Notes: a model not told the origin generated them from the letters alone. A stretch of DNA of 64,000 nt from Kudoa neothunni (GCA_964304625.1 OZ199838.1:4981489-5045488); one strand, 5' to 3'. Shown: positions 26,901-40,633, numbered from the stretch's first letter. Numbers and translations: made by a program.

Positions 26901-29900
26901 CTATCTGCTGCAGAATAATTTGGATCGAGATATTGAGGTTTTACATAGTGTTGATAAGGTTGTTCAACTTTCACCCGGAGCTACTCAATTTTTCTGGCCA
27001 ACCGATAAATTTCCTATGCCTCTTAGCATCAGGTACAACAAGGAGGTAGTGTTCAAGTTTTTCCCTCAACCTGATGAAGCTATTGTTGCCAAACTGATTG
27101 ACAAAAATATCAACAAATTTGATACTATTGTGATTAACACTTCACAACAAGATTACTCCACCAAAATCATGTTTAGCAATTATTTCGAAGGATGTGCTCC
27201 AGTTTTAATGATAAATGCGTGTGCGAAAAACGAGATTCCGGTTTTCTTTAAACAGACAGGTGCCTCGAAAGCGTACCCTCTGCTATCCGGCTATCGTATT
27301 TTGTACACTTGGGAAAATTTCCAGAACCCCTTAGGTTTGGTTTGTAGTTTCAACTCCAGCTTTGACAATAGCTTCGATGTTAATGTGAAACAATCGGTTT
27401 ACGCGCTTGTTAAAGATAGCGAAAATCCCATATATTATGCCACGTTTTTGGATGGACTTCAGAGAGTGTGCATGTTTTCGGATGATTTAAGATATATATG
27501 GCGTGCAGTGCAGGAAAGCAGTTCCACTTCAACTGTGACTGTTATTGTTGATTTGGAAGGTTTGGGATTATCTTTGGTTCATCTGGACTGCAACACTGAA
27601 GTATTCTATATGAGTATTATCAGCAATACTCCCTATTGGCAGTTCCTCGAGCACCCAACCACCCACAGTTCTATTCAAGAAAACTGGGTTATGTTCAATA
27701 ATTCCATGTCTAATCTGATTGAAAACTATTATGGATACTATGCTCAAGCTGCGTCGGCCATCGGTGGTGAAGATAGTGGAGGGGATATTGCTCCGAGAGG
27801 GAGTAATGTTGGTGGAGAAGTTGTTAAGTCAAGTTCGACCGATTCCAAAAATGAAGCCGATTTTCCCAAAACTACCCAACCAGGAAACGAAGATCTGTCT
27901 AAAGGAATGATTGCTCTTTCCAATTCGAAACGAGTCAACTTCAATGAAATGTACCTTTTGGATGGGCATGACAAGAAAAAAAGCATTCGACGAATCAAAT
28001 ACTCAGGCCTAAAATCAACTGTTGTGTTGAGTGACACTTACGAATTGAAGGCTGTAGATCTGAGCATCTTTTATCTACAGATTGACAATCCATCAATGTC
28101 TGCTAATTTCCAGGTGGTCTTTTCTCCCGCTCCTGTCCATGAATCCGTTGATTTGAGCAAAAGTGTTCAACAGCATGTGATCAAATTTTACATGGAATTA
28201 CGACCTCCTAGAATTTTTGGGGACAAGCGTATTATCCATGTTGATTGTTGTGTGCTATTGGTGCAGGAATTCAATCTTTGTATTGATCTTGGATTTGTTA
28301 GCAAGATGTCCTACTTTATCAACTCTATCATGGGAACTCCCGAAAGTGAATCAAGCATTGAAAGCAAGGATAGTCTACGCTCTATTGGAGAAGGTACGCG
28401 TCAACTAGAACGCAGGAAATCTGCATTGTCATCCACTTCCCTTCCTAATGTCGTCAACCAAATTAATAACAAGAGCAATTTGAATGGAAGTGGGGTTGAT
28501 AATGTCAACATGCAATACTCTCAAACTTTTTTCATTTTTGATGGCTTACATTTGTCTCCATTAAAAATTATTGTTGCTTTCTCTACCACAGCTACTACCG
28601 ATCCTAACGAAAAATTCAGTAACGATTCATCGTTCATTGTTCAAACTATCCTCTCACACATTCCTTTTGTGGATGTGTGTGATATTGCTCTGCGTTTAAG
28701 TTGTTTCGAATTGACATCCAGTAACAAATTGGTTTCTTTTACTGAATTGGAGAAACAAATCATTGAACATTACACGTTCCAAACTCTTCGTCAAGCATTT
28801 GTTCTGGTGCTTGGTTTAGACGTGATCGGAAATCCATTTAATTTTGTAACAGAACTTGCTAGTGGAACGAAAAATTTGTTCTATGAACCGTACATGGTAT
28901 TTAATAATCAAAATCTTTTACTATTATACCAATTAATTATAAATTATATAGGGTTCTATTCAAGGACCTGATCAATTCGCAAAGGGTTTGGGTATTGGTT
29001 TGCGCAGTTTCGCCAGTGGGACTTTTGGTAATGCAGCAGGAGTTCTCTCTAAAGTCACCAACAGTCTTGGCACTGGTTTAGCCATACTTTCATTCGATTC
29101 TCAACATCAACTCAGTCGTCGATCTATCAAGCGCGTCAAGCCTCAAAATATCCAAGAAGGTATGACTCAAGGAAGTAAAGGGTTTGTTCGTGGCATCGTG
29201 TCTGGAATATCGGGAATTGTCACCAAACCAATCGAAGGGGCGATTAGCGAAGGTGCCGAGGGATTCTTTAAAGGTATTGGAAAAGGAATTGCTGGCGTTT
29301 TTGTGAAGCCTATCGGCGGTGTCGTCGATTTGGCTAGTAGCACTCTCGCTGGTATCAAAGGTGGAATCAAAGGTTCTTCAATTGTTCGTTTGTACCGTCT
29401 TGAAAGAGCATTCTACGCATCTTCTGTGTTACAAAATTATCTTTCCGAAGATGCATTTGGTTATTCGGTGTATCAACGTATGTTAAAATCAAATCCTGGC
29501 GAGCATGGTGGCTTTGTCAAGTGTGTAAATGTTACCGCACTCTTTCTGCTGCTCACTGAGTGGTATTTTTCATAATTATTGACCAATTAATAATGCACTC
29601 CTTTTGTTTCCATTTATCTATACCATATCTATTATATTTTCCATTTAGGTTTTTAATAACGCTTGAAGTTGATAACATTCTTGACAAGTGCACAATAATT
29701 CGATCATATGAGATATGCAACGTTAACAATATTAGCTGTGTTAATAGAATTATACGATTTGATTATTCGAATAGGGTAAATGTTTGATTAGCGTTGTCCA
29801 AATAGAAAATTAATTCGTTTTTAGAAATATGATGCACCAATCGAGTTCTTCTTTCAAACCAATGAAGAAGCCACTGTAATGGAATTGTTGTACTGACTAA

Positions 29901-29960
29901 TTATTAATATTCTTTTAGTCGTTTTATAAAGCACTCCTTGTTGTTCTTTCATGGCTGTAG
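14969..29960 (+). CDS. VPS13: VPS13A/C-like bridge lipid transfer protein (chorein family), multi-exon
   Basis: Chorein-N start MVFEGLVSSLLNKYLGEFVENLDSSQLSISIFSGRVELNNL; RBG repeats (LNVDIGAPIFVIP); YFNSKCGEWEPLIE; VAB (WSKEFSLNAVG); WWE-like segment; LGLDVIGNPF; ATG2_C (GISGIVTKPIEGA..EGFFKGIGKG); short PH-like end. About 17 introns 5' of exon 19928-28896 and 4 after it; stop TAG at 29958-29960. Confidence 0.95.
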
Positions 29961-31520
29961 AAATTCTGCCTTTTGGAAATTGTTCATAATATTTAATATT
30001 ATATCTCTTTACAAATGCATGGTCACTATTTGTTGTCCATTTATTCTTTTTTTATTAAAATATCTCTTTTTTTATTATCGTAATAAAACTAACTGTACAA
30101 CTTATTCACTCGCTAATTAATGGTTAACGTTTCCAACGTATAACTATTTTTCGACTAATTATATAATTGTCTCATCACTGATATTCTTATCTGTATCATT
30201 TAAAAAATTATGCGATTAATTTGAATCCGTTTAAATTTATAACAAACCATCTATGCATTATTTAGGTCATTACGTACTTGTTTATTTATAATAATGAATC
30301 AAAATTTTCACTGTATGCCACTATTCATTTTAAGACATGATGGGATTGTTCAAAAGTTTGAATGAAGAACCAGAATATAATATTAGGCTTTATTGATAGA
30401 CGTACATACGAAAATGAAACAACGTAAACACTCGTAGGGTTGGTTTACGAAGAACACAACATGTTCTATGGTTATGGAAAGTAAAACTTATTTATTTGAT
30501 TAAAATATGGTACAGTAACTAATAAATTTTATTTTTAAGAAACCTTTAAAGATTGTTTCTATACGTAAATAATTTTTAAAATCAATTATAAAAAACATAA
30601 TATCCTTATATGTTTTACATCTAATGTAAAATATTTTTTGACGGTATTTCTAAGATGCACAGCAGTTTGATAAACAATACCATTTTGTATGTTTTCTCGA
30701 TCATATAATCATGCTAATTACGCACAGTATAATGGCATAGATTTCACTTTTAACTTCTAGAATGATCGAGCAGATATAAACATGATGTGTTGGTTCGTTA
30801 AAAGACTCTTATTTTAAAATATAGCCTTGTGAGAGTGTGAAAATCTAATATGCCTTAATATGTAGGGATTAAAAAAGCTAATGAGGTAATGTTTTACTTT
30901 GTTAATTTTGATTCAATTATTATTTTGTTTTTCGTTTTATTTCCTAAATAATACATCGGCGAATAATTAACCTTAAAATAATTAATTAAATAAATGAATT
31001 AATCCTGTATAAATACTCTTTTATCTTTTTAATTCAAAAAATCTGAAATAAGTGTGATAACATTTTTTAGTTAAATACGAATAGTTATAGAGAAATAAGT
31101 TGATTACAAAATTTATTCCATTAATGTAAATTCAAAATTAGTCAAACAGTTAATTTTACAAACAAAAAAATTAATAAAAAATAGGTAGACAATAGCTTAA
31201 TCCTAAAATGTAATGATATGTAATAAATCTTTTAAGGTGGAAATAAATCATATTTGCGTAATTTTAAGTTGTTTCTGTATTATAATTACTTTTCCTGTAA
31301 AAATTAAATGTGAAACTCGTTTCATCATACATAAAAGATATATAAGGGTTCGTGTTTAATTTTGAATTGAAAGAGCGCTAATTTTACAGTTAATATAGTT
31401 GTATCACTAAAAATCTTCGTGAATTTCACAAATTAATGGATCAAATGTTGTTGATTTTGTCAATTAATAATAAACTTAATGATAACAGAACTCCCAGTAT
31501 AAGGAACAATGATCTAGAGA

Positions 31521-31872
31521 CGAGGTTCTTAACCAGAGGTAAATTAAGCGACACCGAAATTGGATAGGAGAAATTTTTGTATAATGTAGTTTGTGACGTA
31601 CTTACGGATTTTTAAGGAGTTAATAAACAATATTTAACCCAATTAAGATGTTAGTAGGAACGCTTTAATTGTTTTTAGGAATAAATATTTAACAACTATT
31701 TTTTACTACTACCAATCCTTTTGTTTATGCCCGCCCCGTTTATTTATTAGAGACGTAGCCAAATAATATAGGTATACAACTTTCTAGTAGATATGAATTT
31801 AGTTTCCAAATTTAAGGGGGGTAAATTATGATTTTTCACCAGATCGATTTAAAAAGCGGTCGAGAACTGCCG
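31521..31872. mobile_element. hAT (Charlie/Buster-type) MITE, degenerate
   Basis: Ends CGAGGTTCTTAAC / GTCGAGAACTGCCG with TCTAGA-centred flanks. Shares GGGGGTAAATT..GATTTTTCACCA with the MITE at 61337-61959. Confidence 0.55.
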
Positions 31873-31971
31873 CTCTAGATTTTTTGTTGCTTACAAAGTC
31901 AACTCCATGGCGCAATTTGTTAGGCTGTGAAGTTTGGGCTGGTTACGGCGACTCTATTTACGCTGTAGACA

Positions 31972-34558
31972 CCAGACAATGCCCGTTCGTGTCATGAGTG
32001 CACGAAATTTTCTTCATATTTATAACCACGAACAAAACCATTCGTGCGTTTCGTGTGAGAGGATAGTGGTAAGGTATGCGGTGTTGCGGATTAGGGTCGA
32101 GCCCATGACCTTCAAAGCTAAAAGTGGCGGCACCTAAAAACGCCATCTTGTGCATGTTCTTCGAATTTCTTTTATAACGATTGTCCATGATAAAATAAAA
32201 GAATTTATCATACGAACGCGGTCGGATACACATGTAATCTCCATATTTTTTTCAACAAACATTGAATTTTTGTCGTTTCTTTCTTAGTTATTAACTCAAG
32301 AGTTATTTATTATTACTAATTAGATTTTTTACTCTTGATATATAACAATTTTATATAGAATAACGTTAATAATAAACTTATTGCGTGTTTCACAAAAAGT
32401 ATTCATTTTTCAATATAATGAAAATATTTGTTGAATTTAAAAAAATAAATGTTGATGTCACGATTTGTTTTAATTTATAATTTTTTTATTACAATTCAGA
32501 AACCGATTTTTTTAAAATGATAACATTAAATTGTCTACCTTGCAGTATTTATAGAATATCAACAAAAATATTAAACTAGATTTTTATTGTTTTGTAAGAT
32601 TTTTTTTATATGCCAAAATTTGGTAACAACAAATTCGGCCAAATATACAAATTGAGAACATTACAAGATATAAACACAATATGTTAACTAAGGTTATTAT
32701 TTTTATCGGTACACATATAATTTACTAAAACTAAGAAATTTATAGAAGGCAATGACTATTGGCATGATGACCAACATCTCCATAACCGCTTGTCAATTTT
32801 CAACCATACTTCACAAACTAATTAATTGATTTTTTTCCTACAAAATTTCTCTAACAAATATAAAACATACGTTTATCGTCGCGAATACCTCATTAAACAG
32901 AATAAGATTGTTAAAATCGTAAATTTAAAACAATTATTAAGGTATATGACTCTATTGAAGTTAATTATAACAAGTATTTCCATAATAAGCGATAAATGGT
33001 CCACCGCAATTATTCACTGGGCAATGCACGCAAAAACTAAGCCGCGTGTCGAGGCTCGCAATTAATTAATTTTACCAGTTTACATCAAAAGTATATAAAG
33101 CTATTTGTAATTTTTGTTTTAAATATTAATTTTGGAAAATTAACCTCAATTTTTTGTATATTTATAATATATGATGCTACGGATATTTTATGATTATTAT
33201 TGAATATTTAATCGTAAAAATAAGAATGTAACAAAAAAAATTAAGAAGTTATTCTGAATAAATATCCTAGAACCAAGATATTTGGAATCGTTCTACATTA
33301 GTTTTAATACTAAGTGGTTTCAATTTCATTTTCAGACAGTGATACTTATACGACGTATGAATTCACATGACCGCGAAATTTTGAAGTCATAAATATGGAA
33401 CTAACAAATCAATGCAATGACGATAAAATTTACTTCGAGATAGGTAAGCAGTTCCCCACATTTGATTCGCTACGTGGATCAATTTATGCTTAAGAACAGA
33501 ATAAATGTTGTAATCTTAAAATATACAACTCGAGAGCATCGGAAAAAGTACGTTAGCTAGTAATTATTTTTTTTATTTATCACAAAAGTTGATATATTCA
33601 AAAACTCCTACAAAAACATGGTGAGATTTTAGCTTGTGATTGTTTCTATTTATTACAGAAGTTAGTGAAGTCGAAGATTCCTGCAACAAAAAAGGCGAAA
33701 ATTTTGCAGGTGATAGTTGTTTACCACTATTATTATTAGAAATTACAGACCGAGCAGTAATAGTTGATCAGTCAGTTGATGAAGAAACTAGAAATAAAAT
33801 ATCGGAAGATGACTGTAATGCCAATTCACATAATATTACTGGTTAAGCGCACGTATCGACATTTAACGATATTAATCCTATCTTATTACATGTTTAATTT
33901 GAGATAATATCTAAGAGGTATTATTCTTTCGAATAAGGTAAAATCTGTAGGAAAACCTAGGGACCAAGGATTACCAGCGATAAGCTTGCCAAAAAAAACA
34001 AAAATCGAACGCTTCCAAGAAAACCATAACAAAAATTTAACGTTTTATTCCATTAAATATATTTTTGTAGCAATTAAATATTTTTATTTTCCTCATTTTG
34101 AGAAAAATACTGATGTAAGAAACAGCGCGAACAAATTTATTAAATAGGGAGGATACGCCATACGCGCACGACTCAATGAATAATGGCGTTGGACCATTTG
34201 TCGCTTATTATGGAAATACTGGTTATAATTGATTTCAATAGAGTCATATACCTTAATAATTATTTAAATTTACGATTTTAAAAATCTTATTCTGTTTAAT
34301 GAGGTATTCGCGACGATAAACGTATGTTTTATATTTGTTAGAGAAATTTTGTAGGAAAAAAATCAATTAATTAGTTTGTGAAGTATGGTTGAAAATTGAC
34401 AAGCGGTCATGGAGATTTTGATTACCGTGCCAATAGTCAATGCCTATTAAAAACATGTGCATGTGCACGAACAGAACACGAAAAAATTTTGAACATGTGA
34501 CAAAATGGTGTACAAAAACAAACGAACGAAATTTTCACAAACAAATGGCATTGTCTGG
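31972..34558. mobile_element. short-TIR DNA transposon, possibly CMC/EnSpm-like, non-autonomous
   Basis: Perfect 12-bp TIR CCAGACAATGCC / GGCATTGTCTGG and multiple subterminal CACGAA/TTCGTG repeats at both ends. Superfamily assignment is tentative. Confidence 0.6.
32748..34444 (+). mobile_element. Mutator-like element, internally deleted
   Basis: ~260 bp near-identical TIRs (32748-33007 vs 34187-34444; GGCAATGACTATTGGCA / TGCCAATAGTCAATGCC). Internal remnant YFEIGKQFPTFDSL..IYA resembles a MULE/FAR1 N-terminus. TSD not clear. Confidence 0.85.
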
Positions 34559-35167
34559 TAGGCATAGATATTGTAGCATCATATTAAGGCGATTTACATT
34601 TATGCGGTAGTGTGGGATTTTAACCCACTAAACATTCTCGTTTTGGAGTAATCATGCCTGGACTAGCTCAGAATTAGTCTGGGAAAGTCGTCTGAATGCG
34701 GGCGTCGGCTCTACAGAAACTCCCTACTGGGATTTATTTCGTCTCGTTAGACGGGCGTTTATGAGCCCCCGGCATCTACCCTTCCGCCAGGCTTTCCTCC
34801 CAGCTGCAAGGAAGAATTCGATAAACTGTAGATTCTTGCGGTTACTACAGCCTTCCTACTTAATTTCGGACTAGGAGTACAGGAACGCGCTGATCTAGAG
34901 TGTACAGAATATTTATTAAATGAAATAACTGACAGACTTTGATTTTAACACTCTTGTGCAAATTACAAGTGTAAATATTTTTCTGATGAAGAGTATTTAC
35001 TCAAAAAGTCAGATGTATTCAAAAATAAATTAATGTTGAATTAATGAACGCAACAAAGAAAAAACAAGATGAAAACTTAATATCAACTAAATAGATATTT
35101 ACAACTACTGATGAAATTAGACGGTTGAACTTTCAAAAATAGCTGAATCACTCACGAAAGAAAATTT

Positions 35168-36262
35168 TCAGTTTAAAAAATGCAAAAATCTTTCGACGAT
35201 AACAAGCTGTTCGTCGACAAGACATTGAATTTCTTGAAGAGTGGCGTAATCCTGTAAACCAGTTAAAATTGACCTCAAAACTTAACACATTACATTGATC
35301 ATGGTTTCGTAAGATGGTCTGTTATCAGAAAAAAATTTAGCTAGTTTTGTAAAAAATTCGATCGCTTTATGGATTTGAATCTGTAGCTGTTCGTGGTTTT
35401 CACATTTCTAAAAATGATATAAACTTTGAAAAATGACTCGAAAAAAGGATTCACATTTTTGACCAGATCAACAAGATGCAGAAGTGATGAAGAAGTGTCT
35501 AAAAATTTCCTAAATCCATGCATAAACAAAAGACAATATTATCGCCACGAAAATCACCTCTGGATAAGGGAAACATCATCAAGTTGAGGTATTGGAAGGT
35601 TATTCATATTGAGGAATGTTGCAAATAGACCCACTTAATTTTTACAATTCATAACTAACGTCATGTAATAATTACAAGCTGCTTTCTCTGCCGGATGACA
35701 ACCAATAGTGTATGGAACATCAATAAAAGCAGAGCACGAAAGTGATTCGTTGGGAATGCCAAATAATTTTCTTAACAATTAGTATATATAGTCCAAGCAC
35801 AGTAACAACAATAAAAACAAACATACCGAATGCGCGTTTGAATATTGAAGCTATTGTTGGTCGATAGGGTTAAATCAATGGAGAGCTGAACAGTAGCTCC
35901 ACTTCTCGCATCAAAATAATCAAACAACTGAGAGGTTTTATCCAACAACTTAGGATCGGTGACGTACCATCCTACAAACGTGTGATTTTCAATGGCCACC
36001 TGATGCATAAGGAGAGATTGTTCCAATTTGTTCACATCGAAATTACCCTAGAAGATCATTTAAAATAACAAATAAAAGTCATCAGTTATACAACATTATC
36101 CAAATCAAGTTCAAAAACTGGATATGCAGCTTTAATGTCGATACTGCTTTTATTAACAACTCCCATTAAAAACCCATAATCTCTATTTTTTGCAGTGTGC
36201 ATTTCTGCACTATCAATTATGGAAAAAAGAGCACTTGGAGAAATAACAACCCTTTCTATCAT
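35168..36262 (-). CDS. EIF3F: MPN-domain protein, most likely eIF3 subunit F
   Basis: MIERVVISPSALFSIIDSAE..YGFLMG..; FVGWYVT; no JAMM histidines; helical C-terminus DYATLQEIQCLVDEQL. Several ~40-nt introns. Confidence 0.7.
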
Positions 36263-36375
36263 CAAACCTAGCAGTCCACCCTGATGTCACGATCTTAACC
36301 GAAGGAATGGTGATCGTCCATAGCGTGTAGTTTAATACCTGTGTTGCCATAGGTTATTTTTTGTTTTTGATAGTA
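36263..36375. promoter_or_regulatory. compact bidirectional promoter region
   Basis: Only 113 bp separate the divergent ATGs of eIF3f-like and CTU2. Confidence 0.6.
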
Positions 36376-37683
36376 ATGGATGTTGAAGATTTATTCTTGG
36401 ATAAAAATTTGCGTAATAAAACAAATTCCGAGGAGTATTTTGTTTTTGTATTAATTTTCCCCTTAAATCAAATCTAGAAAATGTGTTAAATGTCTTGTAA
36501 ATAATGCCAAGGTAAAACTTCCATTTCAGCGTGTGTATTGTTGGTATGAGAAGTTATTGTTAGTAATAGAATTAGTCGGTTGTAGGAAATGTTTTGAAAG
36601 CAGCGAAAATAAACAATTTCAAATTTTTATTCGTAAAACTCGTACTAACCTAGTAGCTAAAAAAAGAGTGATGGTAGCTTTTTCTGGCGGTCATTCTTCG
36701 TCTGCATTACTTCATTTGCTGTATCAAGTAGTCTATATTTTAACATGGTACGAATCAACGTCATTCGAATTTAGAGTTTTATGAGAGCTAAACATGTTCA
36801 ATACCCTTTTGATCCTGTTGTTGTGTATGTGGATTTCATACATTCTAATACCACCGAATCTCAACTGATTAATAAACCTGTTTATGATTATTTTTCGACA
36901 CTACCTTTTGAGTGCCATATTTATTATGTAACTTTTTATGTTGTTACCACCGAGATGAATTTGTTATGATATAGAAGTCTCAATTGAATGAAGAACAACT
37001 CAATTGTACGCTACCCAGACATTCCCTGTACAATATTTCATTTTTACTGTTCTTGCTATGACGTTTATCTAGGCTGTTAGAATACTTGAAACAAGTAGCA
37101 ACTCTGCTTAATATTGAACACGTTCTAACTGGTCATAATGCTGATCACTTGGCTTCGTTGAGCTTCACTTTGATGGGCTTAGGATTAGGAAAAGATGCTT
37201 TATCTTTAGTGGTTATTTTTCAAAGTTAATTCTTTTTTTTTTAATTTAAAATTTCGATAGCAACCTGAATCTTCAATATCTTCAATTGCAATTTTAAAAC
37301 CACTGAAGTATGTGATTTAGCGATAGAAGAAGTTTTTTTAACTAATTTGTGAATTAGGGGATTTTTACGAAAAGAAATTGCTTTGTACAATTATTACTGT
37401 AAATTGCCAAATCTTTCCAGTTTTGATTTTGGTAATAATCCAAACGATGCTGAAAATTCAGCTGTCAAACAACAACAACTTCTCTACCAAACTTCGAATG
37501 AGTTTTTAAATCAACTTCAAGTAATCCGATTATTGCCGCCTAGAATTTAATCTGAGTTGTTTAGAGCTCCAATGAATGCACTGTGAGCACTATTTTAAGG
37601 TGAATTTTTTCTATGATCCTTTGAGTGATGATATTTATTGTAGAACGTTTGAGAAGTTTAAAGTTAAATCAAATAATTCTTAG
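36376..37683 (+). CDS. CTU2: cytoplasmic tRNA 2-thiolation protein 2
   Basis: KCVKC...YCW.CF zinc motifs, VMVAFSGGHSSSALLHLL, VLTGHNADHLA, ILKPL, KEIALYN, FLNQLQ..TVSTIL. Many ~40-nt introns. Confidence 0.85.
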
Positions 37684-38215
37684 ATGATTATTATTATTTT
37701 TAGTATTATTTTCAATTTTTATATTCTGTAATTTCCACCGACAATCAATATGAACTGATTGTAGAGATGGGTGTGATTAACTTAACTCATGATCTTATTT
37801 CATAAATTTTTCATCTGAGGTTATTCTTGTATAAACTTTTTATATTTTCTTATTTGTTATTTTTCCAATAAATTAATGATTATTAATATTAAATTTGGAT
37901 AAATTTTTTGCACTTATTAAAATTAATGTTTCGTTGTGTTGGTTTAGGGTTCAAACAATTTTCTCAGATCTTAATTATTGTGATTGAGATAACAAAACGT
38001 TAACGAATCTTGAATTGAAAGGCACACTTATATACCATTGAAACCATTATAAATTAAAAATCTTAAAAAATTCATCTTTGATTATTGAGTATCTGTCAAA
38101 GTAAATGTGCTCATTGGAGCAATTGATAGGTAATCGATTTTTCGAACTTTCGAACTTTATATAATTTACTTTTTCCAAAACAGAAAGGATCTTGGATAAA
38201 TTTAGTTCATATTAA

Positions 38216-40531
38216 CCCTTTCGTTCCCAATGTCCCACCCGTGGGACAAACAATTTAAACATTAATTACGATTTCATTTTACCATTGCCATAATCTAAAT
38301 GTGAATAATTAATCTCAACTTGTTGATATTAATATTATATTCCCACCATTAATTAAATAATAAAATAATATTTATTATAATAAGCATTTAAATCATCGCC
38401 GTCCATTAAGGCAATATAACGAAAAGTGATTGATTAATATACCATGAATATAGTGTAATAAATCATAACTAAAATAAATAAATGACAAATAAATAATAAA
38501 TCAAATAAACTTCACGTGGGTCACATAAGGGACAATGGGGTTTCAGGGAACGCCGAAGATTGGGATAACGGGTCATGACCTAGTTTTCGAAACTGATGAT
38601 GAAGAAGAAATCTTGACTGTGGTCGTCGTTTCTCCAGATGCAGATATTTCGGAACCAGACATTATTTGTGACGTCGAAAATGCGTCTTTTTTGGAAACGA
38701 TTACTCATGGCGAAAATTATGACCAAACTTAAAATTCTGAGAGTTCCGATGATGATATACTGCCAGACTTCAATTTTCAAAAAGATTTTGTTCCACCAAA
38801 TATAGAAAATGGATTAGAGATATCTACCACAAATTTGGATGAGTTGAAAGATCTGGTTATGCCTACCGATTACTTTAAATTTTATTTTGACAATGATCTC
38901 TTCGAAAATATTGTCTTAGAGACGAATTTATATGCCGTTCAGCAAAATTCCGATGTCAGAACCGATATTGAAGAAATTCAAAAATACATTGGTGTCTTGA
39001 TTATCATGGACATAGTTAAAATGCTCAGATATAGGTGTTGCTGGGCCAAACTCTTGCAATATCCCATTGTTACTGAATGTGTCTCGAGAAACCGCTTCGA
39101 GGCTATGTCGAAATAATTACACTTCGTATATGATACTAACATTGTGACCAACCTAAACTCTCCCAAATATGACAAAATTGCAAAAATTCGCCCTTTACTA
39201 AATTCGATCAGAGAAGCCTGCTTGAAAGTAGAATACGAGAGGAATAATTTTATAAATGAGCGAATTATCCCTTTTAAAGGAAAATGCAAGGCTAAGCAGT
39301 ATATTCCGAAAAAACCGACAAAATGGGGTTTCAAAGTGTTTACCAGCTGTGGTATTAGTGGCTTGGTATACAATTTTCACCTCTATGATGGAAATAAACC
39401 AAATGTGCGTAAAAGTTGTGGACTTACATCTGGTGATTTTGTTATTAAGCTTTGTGAAAGTTTGCCTGCAGACAGTAACCACTATGTTTATTTTGACAAT
39501 TGGTTTACTTTTATTCCACTCCAAATTTTTCTAAAGAAAAGAAATATTTTTTCGGTTGGGATAAAACGCTCAAATAGAGTGAAAGGATCTTCATTGATGG
39601 CTGACAAAGAGCTCAAGAAATTAGGACGGGGCTCATATGACTATGTCGGAGGTTCTAAAAACGGTGTAATCTTACACGTTGGTTTGATAGCACTGTTGTC
39701 ACTCTCTCTTCTACCCATTCCTCAATTGAGCCTGTTTCATTTACAAGAAGATTTGACCGATCCAAGAAAAGAATAATAGAGGTAACTTGTCCAGCAGTTA
39801 TCAACGAAAATAATAAAAACATGGGAGGGATCGACCTCTCTGATATGTTGATGTCGCTTTATGTTATGCAACATAAATGCAAGAAAGATTATCATCGAAT
39901 TTTCTTCTGGTGCTTGAACACGTCAATAATCAATTCTTGGATACTATGCCGACGAAATTGCGCTGTTAGAAATGTACCGAATGAGAATATTTTAGATTTG
40001 TTAGATTTTACATTAAGTATAAGTGAAAATCTTATATTTTACAAAAAAATCGCCCTTACAAAAAAAGAGGAAGACCATCTAAAACCCTCCTTGAAACCGA
40101 GGGTAATGATTTCAGTAAAAAAAAGTGCAGCTTACCGACCAAATCAGGTTTAATGACGTAGGTCGCTATCCTGAGATACGTACCGACAGTTCTAAGTGTC
40201 GCATTTGTCAAATGAAAACTAGAATATGTTGTATGGAATGCAACTCATATTGTTATTTAACCGCTGAGAGAAATTGTTTTTTTTCAATATCATAAAGAAA
40301 AAAATGTATAATTATTTAAATCAATAAAATATGTGGTTTCGTGCGCACACAAATCTGCATTATGATCCCAATATATTCCCTTTGTCCAATGTATGGAACA
40401 GTTGAAAAATTAAGCATAAATTCCAAAAAAATAATTCGGCTAGCATAAAAATAATTAAAATGGAAAAAACAAACACAATTAATGTAGAATAATAATTTTC
40501 AGATCGAAACGAAAAATTGGGAGCGAACGGG
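38216..40531 (+). mobile_element. full-length piggyBac (PGBD3-like) with disrupted transposase
   Basis: TTAA at 38212-38215 and 40532-40535; TIR CCCTTTCGTTCCCAAT / ATTGGGAGCGAACGGG. Motifs KQYIPKKPTKWGFK, YFDNWFT, MGGIDLSD and a Cys-rich C-terminus. Stops and frameshifts; first catalytic D reads N (INERIIPFKG). Confidence 0.95.
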
Positions 40532-40633
40532 TTAAATATGAATTAAAACTTAATAAGAAAACTTTATCATAAAGTTTATTTCCAAAGTTCGAATAATCCA
40601 TCGTAGAGGTAGAGGATTTTTCGTAATTTTGAA

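Larger units (their letters stand above)
31880..34890 (-). mobile_element. SINE copy B (5'-truncated), split by nested insertions
   Basis: 31880-31971 matches the tail of copy A, and 34560-34890 continues the same SINE from that point. TCTAGA on both flanks. Confidence 0.7.
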
